This document shows, piece by piece, positions 1 to 10,074 of a stretch of 64,000 bases of DNA. Positions within the stretch are counted from its first letter, which is position 1. Every line of letters starts with the position of its first letter. The notes under the pieces are model-generated. The model saw nothing but the letters and a program-made list of their open reading frames with translations, searched no databases and was not told where the DNA came from. The position numbers were made by a program, and so were the translations under genes. This stretch comes from Lingula anatina (taxonomy: Eukaryota > Animalia > Brachiopoda), in assembly GCA_051362555.1 (NCBI GenBank), contig CM120643.1, positions 9,548,001-9,612,000 of the forward strand. Direction: 5' to 3'.

Positions 1-35
1 CCACAGGGGGAATACAGGGCACGGTTCCTGCTCCC

Positions 36-3000
36 ATGGTAGTGGTGCGACAAATCGGAACAGTGGCGGATTATTCACTTCAGATGAAAGTGGGAAACAT
101 TGCTGTGAATGCTGTAGTGGACACTGCGGCTCAAGTTACGATACTTTCAGACCGCATTTACAACAGTCTTAAGAAACAACCTAAGAGGTTGAATTCAGTA
201 CAGCTTTTAGCCGCTGGTCGGGAAATGGTGATGCAGGGGTTCACGGCAGGCCCTGTTAAGTTAAAGATTGGACATAAGTGGTATGCTGTGAGGCTATACG
301 TAGCCCCCATTGAACAGGATATGTTGCTGGGAATGGACATTATGAAGGACTTAGGACAGGCAGTAGTGGATGTCGGCAGAGGAGTGATGCAGTTTGACGG
401 CATGTATCTGACATTAGACGCTAATTCAGATAAGGGAACACCTCAGATGGCCAGGGTCACTGTCGCACGGCGCCAGGTGATACCCCCTTACTCCGCTGCC
501 AGGGTGGCCTGTAAGTTAGATGTAGATCTTCCTAGTTATGTAATAGAGCCAAAGGTGGGGGGTGTTGGTAAGTTCCTTGCTCCCAGGGTTATTCGTAATG
601 GGGGGTCTGAACCCATCATGGTCCTCATAAATCCCAGTGAGAGGCACAGACTACTGCGTAAGGGTACTGAAGTGGGGCGGGCTTTTACCTATGCGGGTAT
701 TATAACGTCTGGGGAGCCCCTGGGGGATCCGTTATGTTTCCCTAGTAACCAAGGGGAGGGTGGCAGGTCACCTGGGGCGGAGGTCATTCACTGCATACCA
801 CCAGCAGTGCAGTCAGTCACGGCACGGACCGATGACGAGGTCAATGACGAGGCGCGACGCGTGCCTTCTCATTTAAAGCAGGTGTATGAGGGATCCAGTG
901 CAGAATTAGATGATCAGCAGAAAGTTCACCTAGCGAGATTACTCACGGAGTATCAGGATGTGTTTGCTAGAGACGAATTTGATTTAGGAAACTTCACATT
1001 GGTTGAGCATAAGATAGACACTGGTACTGCTCTTCCGATAAAGCAGAGAATGCGGCGAACGCCACGGTGCTTTGTGGGCGAGGAGGAAGCCCATTTACAG
1101 AAGATGTTGAAGGCAGGAGTGATTCAGGAGTCAACTTCCGACTGGGCGTCGGCGCCAGTGTTAATACGGAAGAAAGATGGCTCTGTGAGGTGGTGTATCG
1201 ATTACCGTGCGTTGAATGCCGTGACCACTAAGGACGTGTTCCCATTACCCTTAGTCGATGACTGTTTGGATACCTTGTCGGGTAATGTGTATTTTTCTAA
1301 GTTGGACGCCAACTCTGCGTATTGGCAGGTGCCCATACGTGAAGAGGATCGGAAAAAGACAGCTTTCATTACGAAATATGGTCTCTATGAGCATGTGCGT
1401 ATGGCATTTGGTCTGTGCGGGGCGCCCGCGACCTATGCTCGGATAATGAACTTAGTTTTCCGTGGAATGTCCTGGAAAACTGTGCTGGCATTTCTAGATG
1501 ACATAGTGGTACTCGGTACTACTTTTGATGTGCATTTACAGAACCTAAGGGACGCCCTTGAGAGGTTCCGCAGCTACGAGCTGAAGCTTAAGCCAAAGAA
1601 ATGCACCTTCTTTAAGAAGGAGATTGAATTTCTCGGACGGATAGTGACAGGGGAGACGCTCTCCATGTCTGATCATGACATTAAGGCTGTCACGGAATGG
1701 CCTACACCAACATGTGCCAAAGATGTGGAGAAATTCATGGGCTTGGCTAATTACCATCGAGCCTTTATTAAAAACTTCAGTGAGATAGCGGCACCCCTGT
1801 ACGCTGTAACTGGAAAGAGTTACGAGTGGGGTGAGGAACAAGCACGGGCTTTTACGGCATTAAAGGGGGCATTAACATCTCCCCCAGTTCTTTCTGTTCC
1901 CACGGTGGACGGAGAGTTCATTTTAGATACAGACGCAAGTGACTTTGCTATAGGAGCAGAGCTTATTCAAGTACAAGATGGCCAGGAGAAAGTGATAGCT
2001 TACGGTAGCTATGGATTAACCAGGGAACAGAGGAGGTATTGTACGACACGCAAGGAACTCTTGGCGGTGGTACGATTCACCCGACAGTTCAGGTACTATT
2101 TATTGGGGAAACCATTTACTATTAGGACTGACCATTCGAGTTTAAGATGGCTGATGAAATTTCGGGAGCCGCAGGGTCAGCTGGCGAGATGGCTGGAAGA
2201 GCTCTCACAGTACGACATGGTGTTGTCTCATCGCGCCGGGCGCAAACATGGGAATGCGGACGCGCTGTCTAGAGCGACTCACACGGGGCAGTGCAAAGCA
2301 GGCACCAGGGGGCGGCTAGATGCTCTACCATGTGGTGGATGCGGGTATTGCAGGCGAGCCCACGAGAATTGGGTGGGTTTCGAGGAGGAAGTGGATGATG
2401 TTATTCCGCTAGCACAGGGTGCGTACCGGGATACGGAGGATATCCACAGCGTTGAAATTTCAGAAGGTCAGCAAAACAACGATGGCAAGACGGTTCGCTC
2501 AGTAACGGTGGATCCAGTGAATGTGTACTCTGAACACACGGTGTTCGGTGAGGTATGCAGAGAGGAAGAGTGTATCACGGATACACTAGAGTTCCAGGTC
2601 TTACAGACGGTGTTAGATCAAATTCCCTGGGGTCAAGGGAAAACACCACGAGTAGCTCCAGTTACTACTCGGAGACGTGCACGTGGCCACGGGCCTAAAG
2701 ATACAGGCGACGCGCCGATAACTCCTGAGGAAGAACCTCCCACGGTGGAGTGTGATAAGGAATCCACACTTCAAGAGGGAAAAGCAGAGGGTGAGGTCAA
2801 GGTGAAGGACCACGGGTCTTCACGACTCACCAGTTGGGGTTATTCGGTGGAGGAGGTCCGTGCAGCACAGGAGGCGGATGCAGACCTGAGTGTGATCAGG
2901 GAGAGCTTGGAAAGTGGTAAGCTACCTGATCAGTCTACCTTATTCCTAGGCAGCCAGACCTTAAAATCCTATTGGCTGGATAGGGATTTGTTTATCATCA

Positions 3001-4343
3001 TAGAGGGTCTGTTATACAGGTGTGATCCCGAGACTGAGGATAAAAAGTTAGTGCTACCTATGGCATGGCAACAGGAAGCCATTCGACTACATCATTGCCT
3101 GCCATCATCAGGCCATCAGGGAGCGAAAAGAACCAAGGATCGGCTCAAGGAGCGATTCTATTGGTACGGGATGGGAAGAGCAACAGAAAACTTCGTTTCT
3201 GGGTGCACACGGTGTAACCAGAATAAGAAATCTGCAAGGCAGGGAAAAGTGCCTCTGACACAATTCCAGGCAGGTGCGCCTATGGAGAGGGTGCACTTAG
3301 ATTTCTTGGGACCGTTGCCGAAGACTGCCAGGGGGAATGAGTACATACTCATGATGGTCGACCAATTTACGAAATGGGTCGAATGTATCCCCTTACCATC
3401 ACAGTCAGCGGAGGAGACGGCACGGGCCGCGATAGATCAATTTTTCTCCAGGTTTGGAGTCCCTCTGGAGATTTTCACGGACCAGGGGAGGAATTTTGAA
3501 TCTAAGCTGTTCACTGAAGTGTGTTCTGTGCTCGAGATTCACAAGGCCCGTACTACGCCGTACCGGCCGGCCAGCAATGGCCAGGTAGAGCGCTATAACC
3601 GCACTCTCATGGATGCGGTACGCTGCTTCACGGAGAAGGCCCAGAACGGCTGGGACTTGCGTCTACAACAGATTGCCGGGGCACTTAGGGCATCTGTAAA
3701 CCGGATGACGGGGTACACTCCCAACAGGTTAATGTTGGGGAGGGAGGTGAACGCACCTGCAGGTTTAATGTTCCCACGGAGGAGCATCAATTTTGAAGAT
3801 CCAGATAGCTATGCCGCACGGTTGGCAGCTGATCTGATGGAAGCCCACGAGACGGCTCGGGGTAAACTGCGAGTAGCCTCTAAAAGAATGAAGAGGGACT
3901 ATGACTTAAGGATACTCGAGCGACCGTATGCTGTGGGAGATACAGTATATGTGCTGGATACTGCGGCAGCCAAGGGGAAGTGTAAGAAATTGTGCCCACC
4001 ATGGAGGGGGCCAGGTTTAATTGTAGCACGGCTCAGTTCAAACCTGTTCCGCGTTAAGGTGCGGAATGCAGTCTTTGTGACCAACCACGATAGGTTGAAG
4101 CCTTGTCGAGACAAGGAGGTGCCCCAGTGGATACAACATTGGAGGAAGAATCCAGTGCCCGACTCCACGGCGAGGGGCGATGACCGGGTATATTGCAGTT
4201 GCCGTCAACCCTGGCAGGGTAGATTTATGCTGCAATGTGATTACTGCGGGGAGTGGTATCACGGGTCATGTGTTAATGTGACGGCCACGGATGCCTTAAG
4301 CATTAACAAGTACAAATGCCAAGACTGCATACGCCGAGCTTAA
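36..4343 (+). CDS. pol: Gypsy Pol polyprotein: aspartic protease, RT, RNase H, integrase, C-terminal PHD finger
   Basis: Protease VDTAA; RT motifs RWCIDYRALN, FSKLDANSAYWQ, MAFGL, FLDD; RNase H LDTDASD..IGAEL, TRKELLAVV, TDHSSL, HGNADALS; integrase HHCC (H..GHQG..C..C), VHLDFLGP, TDQGRNFES, NGQVER, GPY/F-like WRGPG; PHD VYCSCRQP..MLQCDYCGEWYHGSCV..YKCQDC. The frame is open back to the window start, so the real start is upstream. Confidence 0.97.
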   Translation: MVVVRQIGTVADYSLQMKVGNIAVNAVVDTAAQVTILSDRIYNSLKKQPKRLNSVQLLAAGREMVMQGFTAGPVKLKIGHKWYAVRLYVAPIEQDMLLGMDIMKDLGQAVVDVGRGVMQFDGMYLTLDANSDKGTPQMARVTVARRQVIPPYSAARVACKLDVDLPSYVIEPKVGGVGKFLAPRVIRNGGSEPIMVLINPSERHRLLRKGTEVGRAFTYAGIITSGEPLGDPLCFPSNQGEGGRSPGAEVIHCIPPAVQSVTARTDDEVNDEARRVPSHLKQVYEGSSAELDDQQKVHLARLLTEYQDVFARDEFDLGNFTLVEHKIDTGTALPIKQRMRRTPRCFVGEEEAHLQKMLKAGVIQESTSDWASAPVLIRKKDGSVRWCIDYRALNAVTTKDVFPLPLVDDCLDTLSGNVYFSKLDANSAYWQVPIREEDRKKTAFITKYGLYEHVRMAFGLCGAPATYARIMNLVFRGMSWKTVLAFLDDIVVLGTTFDVHLQNLRDALERFRSYELKLKPKKCTFFKKEIEFLGRIVTGETLSMSDHDIKAVTEWPTPTCAKDVEKFMGLANYHRAFIKNFSEIAAPLYAVTGKSYEWGEEQARAFTALKGALTSPPVLSVPTVDGEFILDTDASDFAIGAELIQVQDGQEKVIAYGSYGLTREQRRYCTTRKELLAVVRFTRQFRYYLLGKPFTIRTDHSSLRWLMKFREPQGQLARWLEELSQYDMVLSHRAGRKHGNADALSRATHTGQCKAGTRGRLDALPCGGCGYCRRAHENWVGFEEEVDDVIPLAQGAYRDTEDIHSVEISEGQQNNDGKTVRSVTVDPVNVYSEHTVFGEVCREEECITDTLEFQVLQTVLDQIPWGQGKTPRVAPVTTRRRARGHGPKDTGDAPITPEEEPPTVECDKESTLQEGKAEGEVKVKDHGSSRLTSWGYSVEEVRAAQEADADLSVIRESLESGKLPDQSTLFLGSQTLKSYWLDRDLFIIIEGLLYRCDPETEDKKLVLPMAWQQEAIRLHHCLPSSGHQGAKRTKDRLKERFYWYGMGRATENFVSGCTRCNQNKKSARQGKVPLTQFQAGAPMERVHLDFLGPLPKTARGNEYILMMVDQFTKWVECIPLPSQSAEETARAAIDQFFSRFGVPLEIFTDQGRNFESKLFTEVCSVLEIHKARTTPYRPASNGQVERYNRTLMDAVRCFTEKAQNGWDLRLQQIAGALRASVNRMTGYTPNRLMLGREVNAPAGLMFPRRSINFEDPDSYAARLAADLMEAHETARGKLRVASKRMKRDYDLRILERPYAVGDTVYVLDTAAAKGKCKKLCPPWRGPGLIVARLSSNLFRVKVRNAVFVTNHDRLKPCRDKEVPQWIQHWRKNPVPDSTARGDDRVYCSCRQPWQGRFMLQCDYCGEWYHGSCVNVTATDALSINKYKCQDCIRRA

Positions 4344-4345
4344 GG

Positions 4346-4638
4346 GCTGAAGAATTGGATGTATACTTAGGCGTCACGGGCGCTTTGCAGAACATGAGGG
4401 GCCTGTCAATGCCAAGGCGCATGACATGTTACGAACCTTGCCCCTGGGAAGACTACTCTTGGAGACGGATGCTCCGTATTTCAACATTCAACGGAACAAG
4501 TGTTCTACTCCAGCTCTGCTTGGTCACGTGGCCAAGTTAGTGGCGGAGATCCGGGGAGAGCGATGGCGAGAAGTGTTGCGCCAGACCAGGGATAACGCAC
4601 GGCGTTTATACCTGGAGAAAAAGGGCCCAGACGGTTAG
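4346..4638 (+). pseudogene. C-terminal fragment of a TatD-family DNase carried inside the retroelement
   Basis: LPLGRLLLETDAPYF...STPALLGHVAKLVAEIRG...VLRQTRDNARRLY matches the TatD C-terminal signature (IPLDRLLLETDAPY...P..L..VA..VA..RG......T..NA.RLF). A DVYLGVTG motif lies just upstream in another frame. Confidence 0.8.
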
Positions 4639-4838
4639 AAGGGCAAGGGTGTGGTCAGGCTGGGTGCGACCTGATCAGGATTAGTGGTTTTGATGGGACG
4701 CCCATCATCACTGCAAGCACTTATCCCCTGAGTCCCACGGGAACAGGCGGGTATTTTCCCTTTCCCACGGAGGAAAGTGGACTTTTAGTGGACTTTGGTG
4801 GACTTGGCACTGACACGACCGAGAAGGCACGGTCCTTC

Positions 4839-4857
4839 AAGGTAAAACGGGGGAGAG
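4839..4857 (+). promoter_or_regulatory. Polypurine tract (plus-strand primer) of the Gypsy element
   Basis: aaggtaaaacgggggagag directly precedes TGTAG. Confidence 0.75.
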
Positions 4858-5085
4858 TGTAGTGCCGAGGGGTCATTGCATGACCCGGAAGCATGTCACG
4901 GCGCATGCGTAGTAGTGAGTTGAAGTTGAGAGCGTTGGAGTTGAGCATGGCGCGCTCAAGCGCATGGTGCTAAGTTGTGGTGAAGAGAGAATTAACAAGA
5001 AAACGAGGACTTGGATGCCTATCCAGAAAAGGTAGGCACTTTACTTATTCATAGGCCAGTTGTAACCCACAACCCGGTTTCTATA
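4858..5085 (+). repeat. Putative 3' LTR (~228 bp)
   Basis: Starts TGTAG right after the PPT and ends CTATA (one mismatch to the expected CTACA) at the GC/AT boundary. The 5' LTR is not in the window to confirm it. Confidence 0.65.
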
Positions 5086-5361
5086 ATATATACATATATG
5101 TAAACAAAATCAAGGTAATTTAATAAGTTTAAAATAACATACAATTACTGTTATTGGATAAAAAGTGTATAAGAAAACAAAATGATAGCAATTCTGAATG
5201 TAATTCTCCAAGTGTGCAAAAAAGAATGCGATTACAATTCAGCAGAAGGTATAAGTCAATGCACACTGCCCGAAAAATAAATTAAAAAAAAAAACATCAG
5301 AGCAGAAACTCTCTAGAAAAAATAAATTCTATTACACAGCCTTTTAAATACAATTCCATAC

Positions 5362-8300
5362 CTAGAATAGCCAGAATGCCGCACCCTGCCCACACTACCA
5401 GTGCCAGACCAATAGAGCCTGTGCTGCTTATAACGCCCCCTGGTGAGATGAATATCCCCGAACCTGCAAACAACCAACAGGAACATGTCAAATAAAATTT
5501 GATCTATTTTGAAAATATTAAACATTTGATAATATTATACTATTATACATGTGGGAAACTGAGCAAAACCAATTTGATAATATTATACTATTATACATGT
5601 GGGAAACTGAGCAAAACCAATGCAGGCAAATTTCAACTCCCCCCCCTCCCCCTTTCTCTCCAATGAGACATATCTGAAACCTGAAAAGTGACATAGAGAG
5701 CATTCACATCAAGAAGAGCCAAGTTCTAAATATGGCAGACCTACATGAAAGGAAAACTGTGTAATCCTTTAATGGTCTCTCATAGACATTCAATGACATT
5801 CCCTGAAAACAAGAAGTCTATCCCATTGACTTGATTATTAAAAGCATTTATTTTTCCAATTCTAGCTTACAAGACTAGCGAATAATGTCATTAACATTAA
5901 TTTTTACCAAATAAGGAAGCATTCTGGCAGGAATAAACATGCTTATTGTTTCTTTTTGACTTATCAAATATTCTGGGTACATTAAAAATATTCCATTTTC
6001 AAGGCTTGATTATTCACACACCCTGACAAATGAACCAATGAAACCTTCAACATTTTGTTGAGCATCCATACAGCTATCATCAAAAATATCCAGATATAAT
6101 GTTCATCTTATGAAGGGAATATGATATGACTCTCTGGGCAAAGTTTTGTAAGCATGGTAAGTGAAATATGTATACATTCTTACCAATCATAGTCCCTACA
6201 ATAAGTGCTATCCCACTGACCAAACCCATGGTTTTCTTCAGTTCAACTTTTTCTGGACCATCCCCTGCTGCAGCCAGCTGGTCACTTGTGGCCAGTCCAA
6301 GTTGTGAGCTGGTGGACGGCAGACGAGCTGGATGTCTGTGCGTCAAACCATTGGCATCTTCTTGATTGGCTGAACCTGGAGACACATCTGAAATTTCAAA
6401 CATACTTTCCTTGAAATTGATTTTTATTCATAAAAAATACAAGTAGCACATAGGTAATATATAGATCGTGGTTTCTGTGCAAGCAAAACGCTGGTATTTA
6501 AAGGGGGTATTAAAAGGGGGTGTGAATTTTAAGGTTCATTCCCAATGAAACTATCAGTCTTATATACTGTAAATCAATCCAATTCCAATGGGAGTCTCCC
6601 TGAATACAACCGGATTAACAGATTAACACGTATACCCCCTCGTTTCCAATGTACTCTTATAACCACCAGCTTTTCTGCTACTCAATGCCAGGAGGAGGCG
6701 TGTTAATCTCTTAACCTGACTGCATTCAGCGCGAGTCCCCACGGAGTTGGATCGATCTACATAGACCAATAGTTTCATTGGAAAAGAGCCCTAAATGGCA
6801 TATATATTTTAATTAAAGTGGTACGTGACAATTGAGGGGTGCCAGATGTAATGGAGACATCTTGGTCCGTCAGGTTATTTAATAATGGTAGGGAATATAT
6901 ACCTTTTGCATTCCGCGTGATTGGCCTTATTTTTCGAGTGTGATGCGTTATTTGAGACAAATATTCTGTATGAAACGTGATTCGGGAATTCTTGATGATA
7001 GGCCTAAATATATCTTGGTGATTGGTGATTGAGCTGTTTTAATCTTGGTGATTGGTGATTAAGGGTGGGTATTCCCTACCCTCTTTAATCTACCCAGTTT
7101 TTCTGCTACTCCATGCCAGGAGGAGGCGTGTTAATCTCATAATCTGGTTGCATTCAGCACAAGTCCCCACAGAGGTGGATCAATCGTCATAGACCAATAG
7201 TAGTTCATAAGAAATCAGCCCTAAATGCCATTGACATTCCAAGGCGGAATACATGACAAATGAGAGAATTTTGCCAGATATGCAATGGAGACATCTTGGT
7301 TGGTCAGGTTTTTTATCAACTCTGAGTTTCAGAAGTCTCTGGACACTACCTGAATATACCAATGACCTCTGAAACTGAGGATAATCAAGCTGATTGTACA
7401 TAGCTATCTGTAAACAAATAATCTCTACAAGACCTAAGACCAAGTGACAAGTGACGGAATTTGCATTTCAAATTGCATGGCTTTGTATTGTTTGACTCAC
7501 AGGCTGCATGCACTCAACCTTGAGGAATGTTATAAATTCACAGCACACTGTGGGTGCTAAGGACAATGATAGTTTGCGTGCATGACACAATGCTTCAGTA
7601 CCTTCAACAGTGTGGTTTATGATAGGGGCTCAGGAAGGGGCACATTCGATCTCAATGTTTCAGTAAAAACAAAACAACAAACATTTAGATATACCTAATA
7701 TCAGTCCTTATAATTTTTCATGACAATTAAATGAATTAGGATGCAATTGGTCCTCGTTTTTTGGTGTGATTTTATGTCCTGATTGCAATCAATCATGCAC
7801 CTGCACAGCATTATGCCACACAATCCTTTCCAGTTTCCAAATTCATTCCATGGGGTCACTGATTTGAGAAGCAATTTGTGCAGGAACAAATTTGATTTAA
7901 ATAAATTTTAATGGAATTACAGAGATGATAAGTTACTTATATGGCAAACAGCCCTCTGTGATTAAATGCCATAGGACCTAAGGTTGACACCAGATGGTAG
8001 AATGAAATATCTAGATCACAGGTCAATAAATCATTCACCTCCTTTATACGGGTATCTCCTACAGTGGCTCAGCCCTGATGGACCTGACATATTAATTCAT
8101 CATGTACCATAGCCCATCGCAGATTGATTAATATTATAAATGGCATGTCACAGGCTTTGTAAATACACAGGGCAGGGCATTTGATCACAGGGTTATTGCA
8201 TGTGCATGATATCAAGAAAGAGTTCATCTTTGTTGAAACAGGATATCATGAAGTATGCTTGCTGCCGTACAAGTACCTTACAGTTTTATTGACCTTAAAG

Positions 8301-9164
8301 TGATAGCAAGAATTCAGAAAAATTACAGTGCAATAGAGAAGAGAGTGGGACAGGATTCAAATTAATGCCTGAGTTTACCACCCAGGTTCAACAGTCTATC
8401 TATCTAGTTAAAAGAAATCAATTCTAGGCACCAATTTCATGAAATTAAGATACATGTAAACCCAGGCCCATAGCCAAAGGGGTCAAAACAAGCTGCCCTT
8501 TTTGGTGGAAAAAGTTTCCCTCTAAACAAAAATTTGATCTAGGTACATAATTGATGGTTTCTTGGTAAAAGCTCAAAAAATTGAGTAAAAGCTCAGAAAA
8601 CTGACAAACCCCCTTCCTCCCCCATTGCATGGCTACAGGCCTGAAATCTGTGTCTTACGTAATCAAGACCTTCTTCTACTGGATTAAGATAAGAAGGCAA
8701 ATAGGTATACGACCATTTAAAATTGCACAGTCAGTTGCAACTGAAAAATTTGACTTATAACTTAACATAGCTTATAAAGTGAGGGTTCTTTTTCTGAAAA
8801 ATGTACCCTTTACCATGAATTCAGAACCTTCCTGTAACTATATCAAATTTTACCCAAAGCAGACCTTAATTTTCCTAAAAATTAAGGGTGGTTTGTTCAA
8901 ATCTCCCCCAGAACTCCCCATGGGCCTGTCTATAGCCTGCAATTACAAAGGGGGGTTCTTTTTATGAAAAAGTCTACCTTTAAACATGTATGATAAACCT
9001 TTGTGTTCCTACTGATATATCAAATTTTACCCAGAGCAGACCTTTTCCAGCAAAAAGGATGATTTGTTCTAACCCCCCCCCCCCCCCCCCCCCTGCTACA
9101 ACCCTCCATCGGCCTGCATATATCCATATATCTCACCTTCATAACCTGGGTTATCAATTTCCAT
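5362..9164 (-). CDS. SLC7-family (LAT / b0,+AT-like) amino-acid transporter light chain, 5' exons; the gene continues beyond the window start
   Basis: Exons 6184-6387 (..VELKKTMGLVSGIALIVGTMI) and 5362-5463 (GSGIFISPGGVISSTGSIGLALVVWAGCGILAIL) have AG/GT sites in phase 1. Probable first coding exon 9137-9164 (MEIDNPGYE, phase 1, gtgag donor). Confidence 0.9.
5522..5621. repeat. Tandem duplication of 48 bp
   Basis: atttgataatattatactattatacatgtgggaaactgagcaaaacca occurs twice. Confidence 0.9.
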
Positions 9165-10032
9165 CTTTATCTGCTCAGTATTCTTGGTATCTGACTGTCG
9201 ATCCCTTCTTAAATGTATAGTTCCAGCATTCCACTACTCCTCAAAGTGTCTGAAATAGCGAACAACATTTCATGATGCAAGAACATTACCTCAATATCCA
9301 TAGTATGTGCATGCCTTCATTTCTTTTTCTTTTTTTTTTCTCAGTGCACAAAAAATGGGATTGTGTGCTCACAATGTATGCTTATAAAAAAAGTGTAGTC
9401 TCCAATTTGACTAAAAACCTACAAGTAGCTTACAGGTAAAACACTTTCTCAATTTTTGCAACAGCTTTCCAGTGGTTTAAAATCACATAAAAAAGCTGGC
9501 TGATATAACTGGCCAATTTAACTTTTCAGACAATTAAGAACCATATAAATGCTGAAAAGCTCTTGGAACTTATAACTGTCAAACATGTACCTGTCCTTCC
9601 TAAAGTTCCAAAGAGAAATCCCTAACTAGTACCAAGGCTTCTCAATTACCTCAACAGTTTGTCATCTCTTTGTATAGTAACATAAAATTGGGAGCCACCT
9701 ATGCTAATCTATTATGCCTTAGTTCTCTGTAGAATGGATTTATTCACAAAGGACAGTTAATCATTAACCAACAAGACTTGTATTCCATGTTCTGTTCAAA
9801 TGCATTTTTTGTAAATTCCTATTCAAAGTTTTCGGCAAACATGATAAGCTAAAGGTTTCTTGGCACTGCTTGACACATTGGCGTTTTACAACTTCAAAGT
9901 TATAAAATCTGTGTTGGTTAATGATTATCAAGCAGAAAGGAGATTATAATCATAACTCAAGCAAAGGGAGCTCAAGAGGGGCGAAAAGGTCAACCTTCAA
10001 ACACCTTAAATCCCCATCACACGCCTGTCACA

Positions 10033-10074
<42 letters not shown>

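Larger units (their letters stand above)
1..5085 (+). mobile_element. Ty3/Gypsy LTR retrotransposon, 5' part outside the window
   Basis: Long pol ORF with Gypsy domain order PR-RT-RH-IN, a purine tract followed by TGTAG at 4858, and a sharp drop in GC content after about 5085. Confidence 0.95.

Noticed and set aside
158-4262. Short antisense and alternate-frame ORFs within pol
   Set aside because: Shadow ORFs of a GC-balanced coding region; no recognisable motifs.
6388-6403. ATG at 6403 as the SLC7 start
   Set aside because: It lies in an acceptor-like tract (tttgaaatttcag) and a phase-compatible upstream exon exists; it remains possible as an alternative start.
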